A DNA stretch of 64,000 nucleotides, from IMG/VR virus record IMGVR_UViG_2868597578_000002; one strand, given 5' to 3'. Under the pieces are notes generated by a model. That model was not told the DNA's origin, did no database searches, and saw only the letters and a program-made list of their open reading frames with translations. Of this stretch, positions 46,149 through 54,708 are shown one piece after another. Made by a program: the position numbers and the translations under genes. Source of the stretch: a virus (taxonomy: Duplodnaviria > Heunggongvirae > Uroviricota > Caudoviricetes). Each line of letters begins with the position of its first letter. Within the stretch, counting starts at the first letter, position 1.

Positions 46149-46290
46149 AGAGAACGTATTACCGCAGCCGGCTTCGCCGGCTGCTTTTTGTCATACATTT
46201 TTGTTTGCTACACAAAAAGAAAATAAAGAAAGCAAAAAATAAAAAGAAACTCAAAAAAAATCTTAAAATTCAGCATACTAATATAAGAAC

Positions 46291-46361
46291 AAAAAAAAGG
46301 AGCCAAAAAGGAGCCAAAAAGGAGCCAAAAAGGAGCCAAAAAAGGAGCCAAAAAAGGAGCC
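46291..46361 (+). repeat. Six tandem A5-8-GGAGCC units at 11-12-bp spacing
   Basis: GGAGCC at 46299, 46310, 46321, 46332, 46344, 46356. Confidence 0.92.
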
Positions 46362-46412
46362 GAACCGAGAGGAAGAGGGGAGGCTTGGAAGCAAAGAAAG
46401 AAGAGGTGAAAA

Positions 46413-47534
46413 ATGAGAGATATACAAAATGATTTGTTCGACGTCAAAGAGACTTACTGCGAAAGCTGCAAGTATAATATACCAGGAAAGATTTGGTGCT
46501 CAAAATATAAAAGGATAAAGCCTGTTAACGTCATGATAGGAAGGATTAAATGCGAAAAATATTGCATGCTAAACAATGTAGTCATGGCTTCAATTGTTGG
46601 TTTTGCAGTAGGCGATGCGTTAGGAGTTCCTGTTGAGTTTGCTTCAAGAGAAGAATTAAGTAAGAACCCGGTTAAAGACATGAGGGGCAAAGGGACGCAT
46701 AATCAGAAAGCTGGAACCTGGTCGGACGATACGTCATTAACAATTGTCTTAATTAAAGCCTTGGGAGATAAAGAGTCTAACGTGGACAGTATAGCCCGCA
46801 GGATGATGGATTGGTTGTATAAAGGTAAGTATACAGCAAACGGGAAGGTGTTTGATGTTGGAAACACGACAAGAGAGGCTATATGGAGAATGCATAATGG
46901 AGTATCTCCGATTGAAGCCGGAGGGAAAGATGAATACAGTAATGGAAACGGTTCCCTGATGCGTATACATCCACTTGCTTTTTACTTGCTTGATGTTGAT
47001 GATTTTGAAAAAAAGAAGAATATGATATATCAGGTATCATCCTTAACGCATGCAAATATTATTTCAAAAGTTGCCTGTCATTTTCTTGTGGAATTGATAA
47101 TCCACCTGCTAAAAACAAATAGCATTAGAACTGCATATGATGCCGTATGTCGTAAATTTGCTGAATATTACACAGAAGACAAGATACAATCTGCGTTTGC
47201 AAATATTTTCTCAGGAAAGATACTTTCTATGCCAGCATCAAGTGTTAAGTCATCTGGGTATGTAATAGATACATTAGAGGCCGTTTTGTGGTGTATTTTC
47301 CATACAACAACATATAAGGATGCTGTCTTAACAGCGGTGAACCTTGGCGATGATACAGATACTGTCGGCGCTATAACAGGCGGAATTGCTGGCATTATTT
47401 ACGGCCTTAATGCTATTCCTGAAGAGTGGATTTCAAAATTGGTTAATAAGATGATTGTGCTTAATGCTGCAAGCGATTTGTATAAGAAATGTAATAAGGA
47501 CAATATCATCGATAACCTTGATTTTTCCGTGTGA
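46413..47534 (+). CDS. ADP-ribosylglycohydrolase (ARH/DraG family) with N-terminal Cys-rich extension
   Basis: GFAVGDALGVPVEF, GTWSDDTSL, DVGNTT, GNGSLMR, SSLTH, SSGYVIDTLEA, AVNLGDDTDTVGAITG. Confidence 0.93.
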   Translation: MRDIQNDLFDVKETYCESCKYNIPGKIWCSKYKRIKPVNVMIGRIKCEKYCMLNNVVMASIVGFAVGDALGVPVEFASREELSKNPVKDMRGKGTHNQKAGTWSDDTSLTIVLIKALGDKESNVDSIARRMMDWLYKGKYTANGKVFDVGNTTREAIWRMHNGVSPIEAGGKDEYSNGNGSLMRIHPLAFYLLDVDDFEKKKNMIYQVSSLTHANIISKVACHFLVELIIHLLKTNSIRTAYDAVCRKFAEYYTEDKIQSAFANIFSGKILSMPASSVKSSGYVIDTLEAVLWCIFHTTTYKDAVLTAVNLGDDTDTVGAITGGIAGIIYGLNAIPEEWISKLVNKMIVLNAASDLYKKCNKDNIIDNLDFSV

Positions 47535-47574
47535 AATGAGTGAAAAAAATAATCAAACCAGGAGGTAAAAACAC

Positions 47575-48030
47575 ATGCGGCAATTAATAATTGCAAGAAA
47601 AGACTTAAATATGTCTGCCGGAAAACTGGCGGCACAGGTATCTCATGCATCTATGGCGTTTCTGACAGCGCCGCTCAGGGATGCGAAAGGCGATAAAAAT
47701 AATATAAAAAGAATCGAAAACGGGGATTATGTGTTTGAAATAAAAATGGACGCTGAGACTTACGATGATTGGGTTTGCGGGATTTTTACAAAAACAATAT
47801 GTGAGGCAAGAAACAGGAATCAGTTACTGAAGGCGAAGAAGATGGCGGAAGAGATGGGAATGGAAGAGGGGAAAGATTTCTTCCTGATTAAGGACAACTG
47901 CCTGACGGAGCTGGAACCGGAAGAGGTGGATGAAGATGGCGTCGGAAGGACGCTGACATGCATTGGGTTCAGACCACTGCCGGATGATGTGGCGCATGAG
48001 ATAAGCAGGAAGTTTCAGCTGTATAGATAA
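47575..48030 (+). CDS. Peptidyl-tRNA hydrolase 2 (Pth2/UPF0099-type)
   Basis: Q.IIARKDLNMSAGKLAAQVSHAS; IKDNCLTE...TLTCIG..P. Confidence 0.85.
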   Translation: MRQLIIARKDLNMSAGKLAAQVSHASMAFLTAPLRDAKGDKNNIKRIENGDYVFEIKMDAETYDDWVCGIFTKTICEARNRNQLLKAKKMAEEMGMEEGKDFFLIKDNCLTELEPEEVDEDGVGRTLTCIGFRPLPDDVAHEISRKFQLYR

Positions 48031-48041
48031 GGAGGGAAAAA

Positions 48042-48830
48042 ATGGAAATAAAAAAAATAGATGTAACGAAATGTTTTATAGATGATTCAGATGGATTTTG
48101 GGATAATTTCTGGGAGAACCGCGATGGATTAGGCGCATCACCACATTATGCAGACCCGGATAGTGCAAGCGCGACGCTCAGGAATTATCATCAAGCTTTG
48201 TGGAGCCGAAAGCTGCCAAATGGTCAGATGATGAAGCTGGAAAAGGGAAAGAACTCAGATTATCTTATCTGGAATGGGATGAGGTTTGCGTCGGATTCAA
48301 TGACAACTAGCCATCGGTATATTAAATGCAAAACTGTTATTCAACAAGTAGAAAAGCAAACAGACGACTATCGCCAATTTGTGGAAGATTCTCTTTGTTC
48401 TACATATACCATCGGAGGAATGATTATCTTTCCAAAGCTTCGCGGAAGCATGAATCAGGATAGAGGAACAAATCCAATGATTTCTGACCGTTGGGATTTA
48501 ACATTGGAATGTATTAAAAGATATTATGAACAACCAGAAAATAGCAATTATGCATTTAACCCTCTTTGGAAAACAATTAAGCGAAATGAAAGTTTTTTTA
48601 AATTGTTTGTAGATTTTAATGGATATATTGAGTTCTTTTTTTTACAAGATTTCTTAGATGAAAATGGGAATATAATTCGCTTTATTCCAGATTATTTTGA
48701 TGAAAATGGAAATTTTACAAAAAAATATCCTGTTCCGCAAACTGCAAAAGAGTATTTAAAAAATATTGAAATACAAAAGGAAATTGTAAAAAAAAGAAAT
48801 CAGAGGATATATGAATTTGTCAATCAGTAA
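48042..48830 (+). CDS. DUF6994-like protein, AT-rich
   Basis: D.D..S.TLR.YH..LWS..LPNG, YTIGG.IIFP, N..RG....I.DRWDLTLECI..YY; motif recall. Confidence 0.65.
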   Translation: MEIKKIDVTKCFIDDSDGFWDNFWENRDGLGASPHYADPDSASATLRNYHQALWSRKLPNGQMMKLEKGKNSDYLIWNGMRFASDSMTTSHRYIKCKTVIQQVEKQTDDYRQFVEDSLCSTYTIGGMIIFPKLRGSMNQDRGTNPMISDRWDLTLECIKRYYEQPENSNYAFNPLWKTIKRNESFFKLFVDFNGYIEFFFLQDFLDENGNIIRFIPDYFDENGNFTKKYPVPQTAKEYLKNIEIQKEIVKKRNQRIYEFVNQ

Positions 48831-48832
48831 TA

Positions 48833-49033
48833 TTGCGCTGTGTCACATTATCGAACAACACAAAAAAACGCTGGAGAGAACATCCGGAAGAATGCCCTGC
48901 TGAGATAAATTCCATGTCAGAGGAAGAGGTGTATGAGGGTATCAGGAATTGCGCTTTTTTGGATACGGAAAGTCCTGACGAATCAAAAGAGGGTTTTGTA
49001 AGAAGACTAAAAAAAGAACAAAAAAATAAATGA
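48833..49033 (+). CDS. Small hypothetical protein
   Basis: 66 aa ORF; start unclear. Confidence 0.35.
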   Translation: MRCVTLSNNTKKRWREHPEECPAEINSMSEEEVYEGIRNCAFLDTESPDESKEGFVRRLKKEQKNK

Positions 49034-49136
49034 AAAGCAAAAAAGATAAAGAAAAGAACAAGCAGAGAAATAAAACGAACAGGCCGATTAATCGGCCTGT
49101 TGTTTGTGCTTGATAAAATACAGAAAAAATAAAAAG

Positions 49137-49580
49137 TTAGTGGTCTTCGCCATATCCACAAAGAATAATTTTGCCGGTCTCGTCAACAACCTCAATCAGA
49201 CATCCTGGCTGCCAGCCCTTGTATCTGAGTGGTTTGACTTTTCCAAATTCAGACATACAGTCGAAAATCTCATATGATTCTCCGTGGCAATCGTCCATAT
49301 TGATGTAATCAATGAGTCTCTGTGGCGTCATTAACGAAGAAACTAATTCGTCGTCAATCATATGCTGCACCAAAAACATAGAGCATTCGCTTATCGTTGC
49401 CGGTTTTGCATCTTCATCACTTAAATCTGGTTCGTAATCTTCAATCAGGAGTTCGTCATCAAACATTTCTCCATAAAATTCTTCCTCATCTTTGTGCTTT
49501 GGACCTTCGCCATTATAATCATCAAACATCTCTCGCTCAATAGCATCAATGTCGCTTAAGCTTCCTGATATCCCTGCCAT
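49137..49580 (-). CDS. Acidic hypothetical protein
   Basis: 147 aa, GAAAGGGG RBS. Confidence 0.75.
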   Translation of the reverse strand: MAGISGSLSDIDAIEREMFDDYNGEGPKHKDEEEFYGEMFDDELLIEDYEPDLSDEDAKPATISECSMFLVQHMIDDELVSSLMTPQRLIDYINMDDCHGESYEIFDCMSEFGKVKPLRYKGWQPGCLIEVVDETGKIILCGYGEDH

Positions 49581-49604
49581 GTTATATGTCCCCTTTCTTG
49601 CTGT

Positions 49605-50366
49605 TTACTGCAATTCATCATAATCAAAAATCATAGGTATTACTTTTTCTTGATACCATTTTTGTTCTGATTCAAAAAAATCAATAAGCGGTGCATAATC
49701 GTGCTTTTTCTGCGCGGCACTAAGATACCGGTAATACTTGATTTTGTTTTCGTCTCTGATTACGACAGGTGTAATGTCTGCGTCAAGACATTGCTTTAAC
49801 AGAATCATGCGTCCAACGCGGCCATTCCCATCCTGGAACGGGTGGATATTTTCAAAGATAGCATGGAATTTTGCAATATCTCGCAGCTCAATTTTCTTTT
49901 TGCCGGTATACTTGGCAAGTAGAGCTTCAACCATTGCCGGTACTTCCTGTGGAGGAGCAGTGGTAATATCCCCTACAAGGTTTGCACGCTTTTTCCAGTC
50001 TCCGACTGCGTATCCGTTTGCCATATCTTCGAAGACACCCTCTTTGAGGTTTTTATGCATGCCTTTGATAATATCAGCAGTAAGCGGTTCGCCTGTGTGC
50101 TTCATCATGTAGTTAAACATTTTAAAATGACCGTTCATTTCTTCCACGTCTTTTGCTCTGAAGATTGTGTCTTCGTCATCTGCGAAAAATGTACCTGTAT
50201 CAAATAATGATGCGGTCTGCCTTTCCGTCAATGTACTTCCTTCAATCTTATTGGAGTTGTAAGCCATGCTGCGCTGTGTAAAGCCATATGCTCCACTGCG
50301 GTCCTGGTTTTGAAACTCAATCGTGAGGCGCTGTTTCAGTCTTTCTGTAAATTTTTTGTCCTGCAT
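49605..50366 (-). CDS. fic: Fic-domain protein
   Basis: Canonical HPFQDGNGRVGR; YNSNKIEGS.L; start refined to MQDKKF. Confidence 0.93.
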   Translation of the reverse strand: MQDKKFTERLKQRLTIEFQNQDRSGAYGFTQRSMAYNSNKIEGSTLTERQTASLFDTGTFFADDEDTIFRAKDVEEMNGHFKMFNYMMKHTGEPLTADIIKGMHKNLKEGVFEDMANGYAVGDWKKRANLVGDITTAPPQEVPAMVEALLAKYTGKKKIELRDIAKFHAIFENIHPFQDGNGRVGRMILLKQCLDADITPVVIRDENKIKYYRYLSAAQKKHDYAPLIDFFESEQKWYQEKVIPMIFDYDELQ

Positions 50367-50537
50367 TTTGCATTCCCCTTTCTTGTTTGTTATGTATATG
50401 CAATATGCAAAATGTAGCATCTGTTAACAAATTGCGGATGTATTCAGTATATCATACAATGAGGCAAAAGAAAAACAAAAAAAAAGGCGCCAAAAGCGCC
50501 TTTTCTGTTGCTCTGGATGTTTGGCCAGGATAGACAA

Positions 50538-51246
50538 TTATTCTTCTTTCCATTGTGTCTCCTCTGCAATATCCGTAATCTTTTTCCCATTGTATGTAAA
50601 GACAGAAGCTCCCTGGATGGCTGATACATTTCGGAGCTTTTCAGCAAGCGGCGAAAGAGAAGTGGTCTCGCCGTTGTACTCTACTTTATTCTTTTCTGCG
50701 TCCACGACCGTCACCCTGACTGAATCGTCGTCGATAAACACAAGCTCGGCCCCGACTGGTATACCGCATTTCTGGAAGTTGATTGCCGGTCTTTGCTTCC
50801 GTCCGCTGCTGCCTGAACAATGAGATTGTTTTCTTGTGCTGCTTACTACATCTTCACCTTGCATCGGAGCCACGCGCTTCAATTTGTCAGCGCTGCCTGA
50901 TATGATAGCGATAGCCTCAAGCAATCGGTATGCTTTTTCTGCCGACATTGCGAAGAATTCCCGATTTTTGGCGAGACGTAATTTCGGGTTCAATGTATCG
51001 ATTAATTCGTGCAGTTTTTTATCCTCCAGCTGCCCTGATGTCTCGTATGTTGCATATATCTCATACTCAAAAGGCAAGGCAGTAGTGTTTAACTGTTTTC
51101 GGCGAGCCTCTACATCAGAGGCATAGCCGATTTTGGCCATGTCATGTAGACATGGGTTTGTCATCGACGGGCGTGGTTTTTCGCCCGCGTCTGGTGCAAG
51201 TGAGCACAGCTCACTGCATCATCACATAAATATATCCTTCAGCCAT
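50538..51246 (-). pseudogene. GIY-YIG (T5orf172/MUG113-like) nuclease gene split by a 58-bp micro-element
   Basis: Deleting 51163-51220 gives ATG GCT GAA GGA TAT ATT TAT GTG ATG ACA AAC CCA = MAEGYIYVMTNPCLHDMAKIGYA; the insertion brings a stop and frameshift. Confidence 0.85.
51163..51220 (+). mobile_element. Hairpin micro-element C (58 bp)
   Basis: ATCGACGGGCG-loop-CGCCCGCGTC-TGGTGCA-AGTGAGC-aca-GCTCACT-GCATC|A; covaries with unit 29862-29918. Confidence 0.85.
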
Positions 51247-51251
51247 CCAAG

Positions 51252-51515
51252 TCACTTCACTTTCTGTTTTGGCAGAATTGCTTTTACTCTGCCAACGAGG
51301 CGGTAATCTGGATTTTCTTTTCGGATTTCTTTTTCTTCTTCTGTCTCATTTTCCGGCTTGATTTTCACTTTAATCCCCCTGTAATGAGTTTCGGTTTTTG
51401 TTAAAATCTCATCTACGATTCCGTATGTCAGATTTCCATTTTCGTAGTCTTCTTTTAAAAGAACAGCGACACTCTGTTTTGGATGGATTTTTTTTCTAAT
51501 CTGATAGTTCTGCAT
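51252..51515 (-). CDS. YwbE/DUF2196-like small protein
   Basis: V.VLLKED...G.LT.G.V.EILTK...H.RGIKV.....VGRVK; start refined to MQNYQI. Confidence 0.8.
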   Translation of the reverse strand: MQNYQIRKKIHPKQSVAVLLKEDYENGNLTYGIVDEILTKTETHYRGIKVKIKPENETEEEKEIRKENPDYRLVGRVKAILPKQKVK

Positions 51516-51706
51516 AAATTTTCCTCCTGAAATAAGTTGATTGTTTATTTTAGTATGCAGGATTTTTAAAAAAAGAAAAAAGGTTTGCAAGTGAATCACC
51601 GAAAATTTCCATTTGCTACCACAAAAGCAAAATGTTTTTCCGCAAATTTTCACAGAAATACAAAAAAGTAGCATATTTAAGATATGAAACGCAAGGAGGA
51701 TTAAAC

Positions 51707-52183
51707 ATGGAAAACGATAAAAAAATCAGAAAAAGAATTTTTATGAAAGCACTTTCTACCGTAAAGGCTGTTAATGAAGTTGACTCTGTATTAGATAAAA
51801 TCGGAATCAATTTGGATTTTGATGACACAGAAAAGCCAGTAGGACGGGCGATGGGCAACTTATTAACTACTCCAAAAGAAGTTGCTTGTGACGCATTGGG
51901 CTTAACACTGAAAACCGAAAAAGGATATTGCACAGGTGCATATAAGGGGCAGCTGCTTCCAATTGAGGTAGAAGTTTATTATCCGGATTCTGATGATGAG
52001 AATACTGCGATTCCGTTTTCAATTACATTTGAAGGCATGTGGGATTTATTGGACCTGGCGGCTAAGGATACAGCATGTGCAGCCAAAGTATGGGATTGCT
52101 TTGTAAATAGGGATACAGAAGCAAAAAAGTGGATTAAGAATGTATGCGATATTACAGGATGGGGAGAGGTAGACGAAAGATAA
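51707..52183 (+). CDS. Hypothetical protein
   Basis: GGAGG RBS before MENDKK. Confidence 0.75.
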   Translation: MENDKKIRKRIFMKALSTVKAVNEVDSVLDKIGINLDFDDTEKPVGRAMGNLLTTPKEVACDALGLTLKTEKGYCTGAYKGQLLPIEVEVYYPDSDDENTAIPFSITFEGMWDLLDLAAKDTACAAKVWDCFVNRDTEAKKWIKNVCDITGWGEVDER

Positions 52184-52269
52184 AAGGAGCAGCCGGCTTA
52201 AGCCGGCTGCTCTAAAGAAAAGAATAAGAAATGCCAGAAATATTATCCCGGGCATTTCTTATTTTTTTA

Positions 52270-52521
52270 CTACTGCATAAGGCCTTTCAGATATTCGACA
52301 GTGACACCCTTTTCTTTCATCAGCTCTGCAAGTTCTTTAATTGCTTTAGCCTGTTTTTCTTCGGCTTCCTTTGCTTGTGCAAGTTCAAGCTGTTTTCTTA
52401 ACGCTCTTCTGGTTGCTTTCATCTCTTTGATAGATGCGGCTGCGGCCTGAATGTCTTCCTCAAGTTTTGTTAAGTCTTTTTCGATTTCTTCTGTAGGACG
52501 AATTACTTTAACTTTTGGCAT
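52270..52521 (-). CDS. Small coiled-coil protein (DUF4315-like, tentative)
   Basis: GGAGG RBS before MPKVKV; heptad-rich, ends KEKGVTVEYLK. Confidence 0.6.
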   Translation of the reverse strand: MPKVKVIRPTEEIEKDLTKLEEDIQAAAASIKEMKATRRALRKQLELAQAKEAEEKQAKAIKELAELMKEKGVTVEYLKGLMQ

Positions 52522-52743
52522 TACTAAAACCTCCTTTTTGCTAAAAAGTATATAACATTTTTGCTGTTTTGTATATATTTTAAGCGAAATTTTTGCAAAC
52601 ATTCCGATAAGCAGAATATATGTTCTGAAAAATGCGGCTGTTTGCTATCTGGCTGATTTTGTTTTTGCGTTTTTTGCCGAAAAAAATCCGGCATATTGCA
52701 AATGAAGAAAAAAAACGTTCAAAACAAGAAAGGAAGTAAAAAA

Positions 52744-53487
52744 ATGAGTGATAAAAAAATCGTAAACATTCAGTTAACAAAGACAAAGTCGGTTGCAGCA
52801 GTAGAGATTGGAAAAGATAAGTATGTTGATGCAGATGGCGTAACATACAAAAACATGGATTCTGACTTGATTTCTGATGCAGATGATATTTCAGAAGAAG
52901 AAAAGCATACTTTCAAGTTTATGTCGTCATTGTATGATGATATTGCCGAGCTGGAAGAGCAGAAGCGTGCAATTGACGCGAAAATCGCTGCTTCTAAAAA
53001 AGAAATCAAAAAAGCAAAATCTGTCATCAGAAACCTGCAGGGCAGGATGTCTATTGCTGATTTTGCGGAAAAGGTTGGTGATATGCTTCCAGAAGGATTA
53101 TTCGATGAGATGGTCGATAAAAAATTCTGGTGCTGCACAACACTTCCTGATGAGGGAGTGGATGAAAATGCCATGTATATCTTAAATATCTGTGATGTAA
53201 GTTCCAGAAAAGGCAGTCTGGAGTCTCTGCCGTTCATGTATGAAGAATACGGAGACTGGGAAATGTATAAGAACGCTGAAGAATATCTGAAATACCAGCG
53301 TATAGTTTCAGCATATGCAAAAACCCTGCCAATTAAGGCGGAGTATATCTCCAAGTTGTATTACGACAAGGAAGATGGTTTGCAGTGTGTTTCAGCATAC
53401 AAAGTCAAGCTGGAAAAGAAACTGACAAAAGAATATGCAAAAGAAATTGTCGCAAAGTTAACTGATGGATTTGTGTACGGAAATTAA
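52744..53487 (+). CDS. Hypothetical protein with coiled coil
   Basis: GAAAGGA RBS before MSDKKIV. Confidence 0.75.
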   Translation: MSDKKIVNIQLTKTKSVAAVEIGKDKYVDADGVTYKNMDSDLISDADDISEEEKHTFKFMSSLYDDIAELEEQKRAIDAKIAASKKEIKKAKSVIRNLQGRMSIADFAEKVGDMLPEGLFDEMVDKKFWCCTTLPDEGVDENAMYILNICDVSSRKGSLESLPFMYEEYGDWEMYKNAEEYLKYQRIVSAYAKTLPIKAEYISKLYYDKEDGLQCVSAYKVKLEKKLTKEYAKEIVAKLTDGFVYGN

Positions 53488-53580
53488 TATTTGCCGGCTG
53501 CGAAGCGCAGCCGGATTTTTTTGTTGTAGACGAAATTCCAGCATATTACAACAAACAGAACAAAGAAGGGAGATAAAAAA

Positions 53581-53877
53581 ATGCAAAAATATATCCAATT
53601 GGAAGGATTTATCAAATCTAACAACGAGGCGGTAGAAGCAGTTGTTCAACATCTTGCAGAAAAATACAAGATGGAAAAAGAAACGATAAAAAAATACGTG
53701 GATGGTGTCACCGTTAATCCAGAGGAAACATACGATTTTCTCGATAAAATATATACAATGACAAAAACGACCAAACAAAAGCAGCGGCTCGTATACGTGC
53801 ACGTTGCCGAATATTACATTGAAAAACTTGCAGAGCGGACAAATATTGTTACAATAAGTCCGAAGGAGACGGCTTAG
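53581..53877 (+). CDS. Hypothetical protein
   Basis: 98 aa; promoter motif 53541, AAGGGAG RBS, terminator. Confidence 0.7.
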   Translation: MQKYIQLEGFIKSNNEAVEAVVQHLAEKYKMEKETIKKYVDGVTVNPEETYDFLDKIYTMTKTTKQKQRLVYVHVAEYYIEKLAERTNIVTISPKETA

Positions 53878-53952
53878 CCGTCCCTTTTTTTTGTTTTTGC
53901 CGCTGACAGAATCCGGCATATTGATTCTGCGCAGAAGAAGGAGTGATGCGAC

Positions 53953-54411
53953 ATGTGCAGAAAAATAAACGATAGAGAATTTCAGGTGCAGGACGATATT
54001 AACCAGGTCAACAAACTGCTGGCAAGCGAATTGCGAAGAAGTGACTGCCTGAATCTTCAGAGCATTTCTGCTTTGTCTTTGGCAAAGATTGCATACGAAA
54101 TGGAAAAATTAACAAATGTAACAAAGGAAGAAAAAGAAAGTGAGGAATGGTGTATGACAACATACGAAAGATTTTGCAGAGAGGCGTATAATCTGCTTAA
54201 GAAAAATATAAAAGCAGATAATGGTGTTCCATCTGAAGAGGTTGAGAAATTCCTAAAAAAGGAGCCTCACGATTCTGAGTTCTATTTTTACTGCGGAGTA
54301 GCAGCGTCAAATGTCGTTAACGATATCTCTCACAAGAACGGAAGCAGCAGACTTTTGGACAATGATGTGGTAAACGACCTGGTGCTGTTTAAACTTCTTA
54401 TCGGAATGTAA
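53953..54411 (+). CDS. Hypothetical protein
   Basis: 152 aa; promoter motif 53916, AAGGAG RBS. Confidence 0.7.
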   Translation: MCRKINDREFQVQDDINQVNKLLASELRRSDCLNLQSISALSLAKIAYEMEKLTNVTKEEKESEEWCMTTYERFCREAYNLLKKNIKADNGVPSEEVEKFLKKEPHDSEFYFYCGVAASNVVNDISHKNGSSRLLDNDVVNDLVLFKLLIGM

Positions 54412-54611
54412 TGGAAGGAGGCGCGTATATGGTATTAGCAGAAGAAAAAGAAGTGGTCTACGCACCAGAAAAATGTTATTTCGATGGTAATTGGACAAAA
54501 AAGTCTGAGATAGACGTGAGAAATCAGACTATAAGAACAACCAGAAGAGAGCTGGAAGAGACAGCGGGGATTCCGTATTGTACAAGAATTGATTACAACA
54601 TGGAGTTTTAA
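54411..54611 (+). CDS. Small hypothetical protein
   Basis: 66 aa; likely starts at the internal ATG after AAGGAGG. Confidence 0.55.
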   Translation: MEGGAYMVLAEEKEVVYAPEKCYFDGNWTKKSEIDVRNQTIRTTRRELEETAGIPYCTRIDYNMEF

Positions 54612-54708
54612 ACTAGCGGGCGTTTGCCCGCTTTTTTTCTGCTCGCAATTCCGCATATTGTATGTGTAGAAGAAAAATAAGCAATGGATAAAGAAAGGAA
54701 ATATAAGC

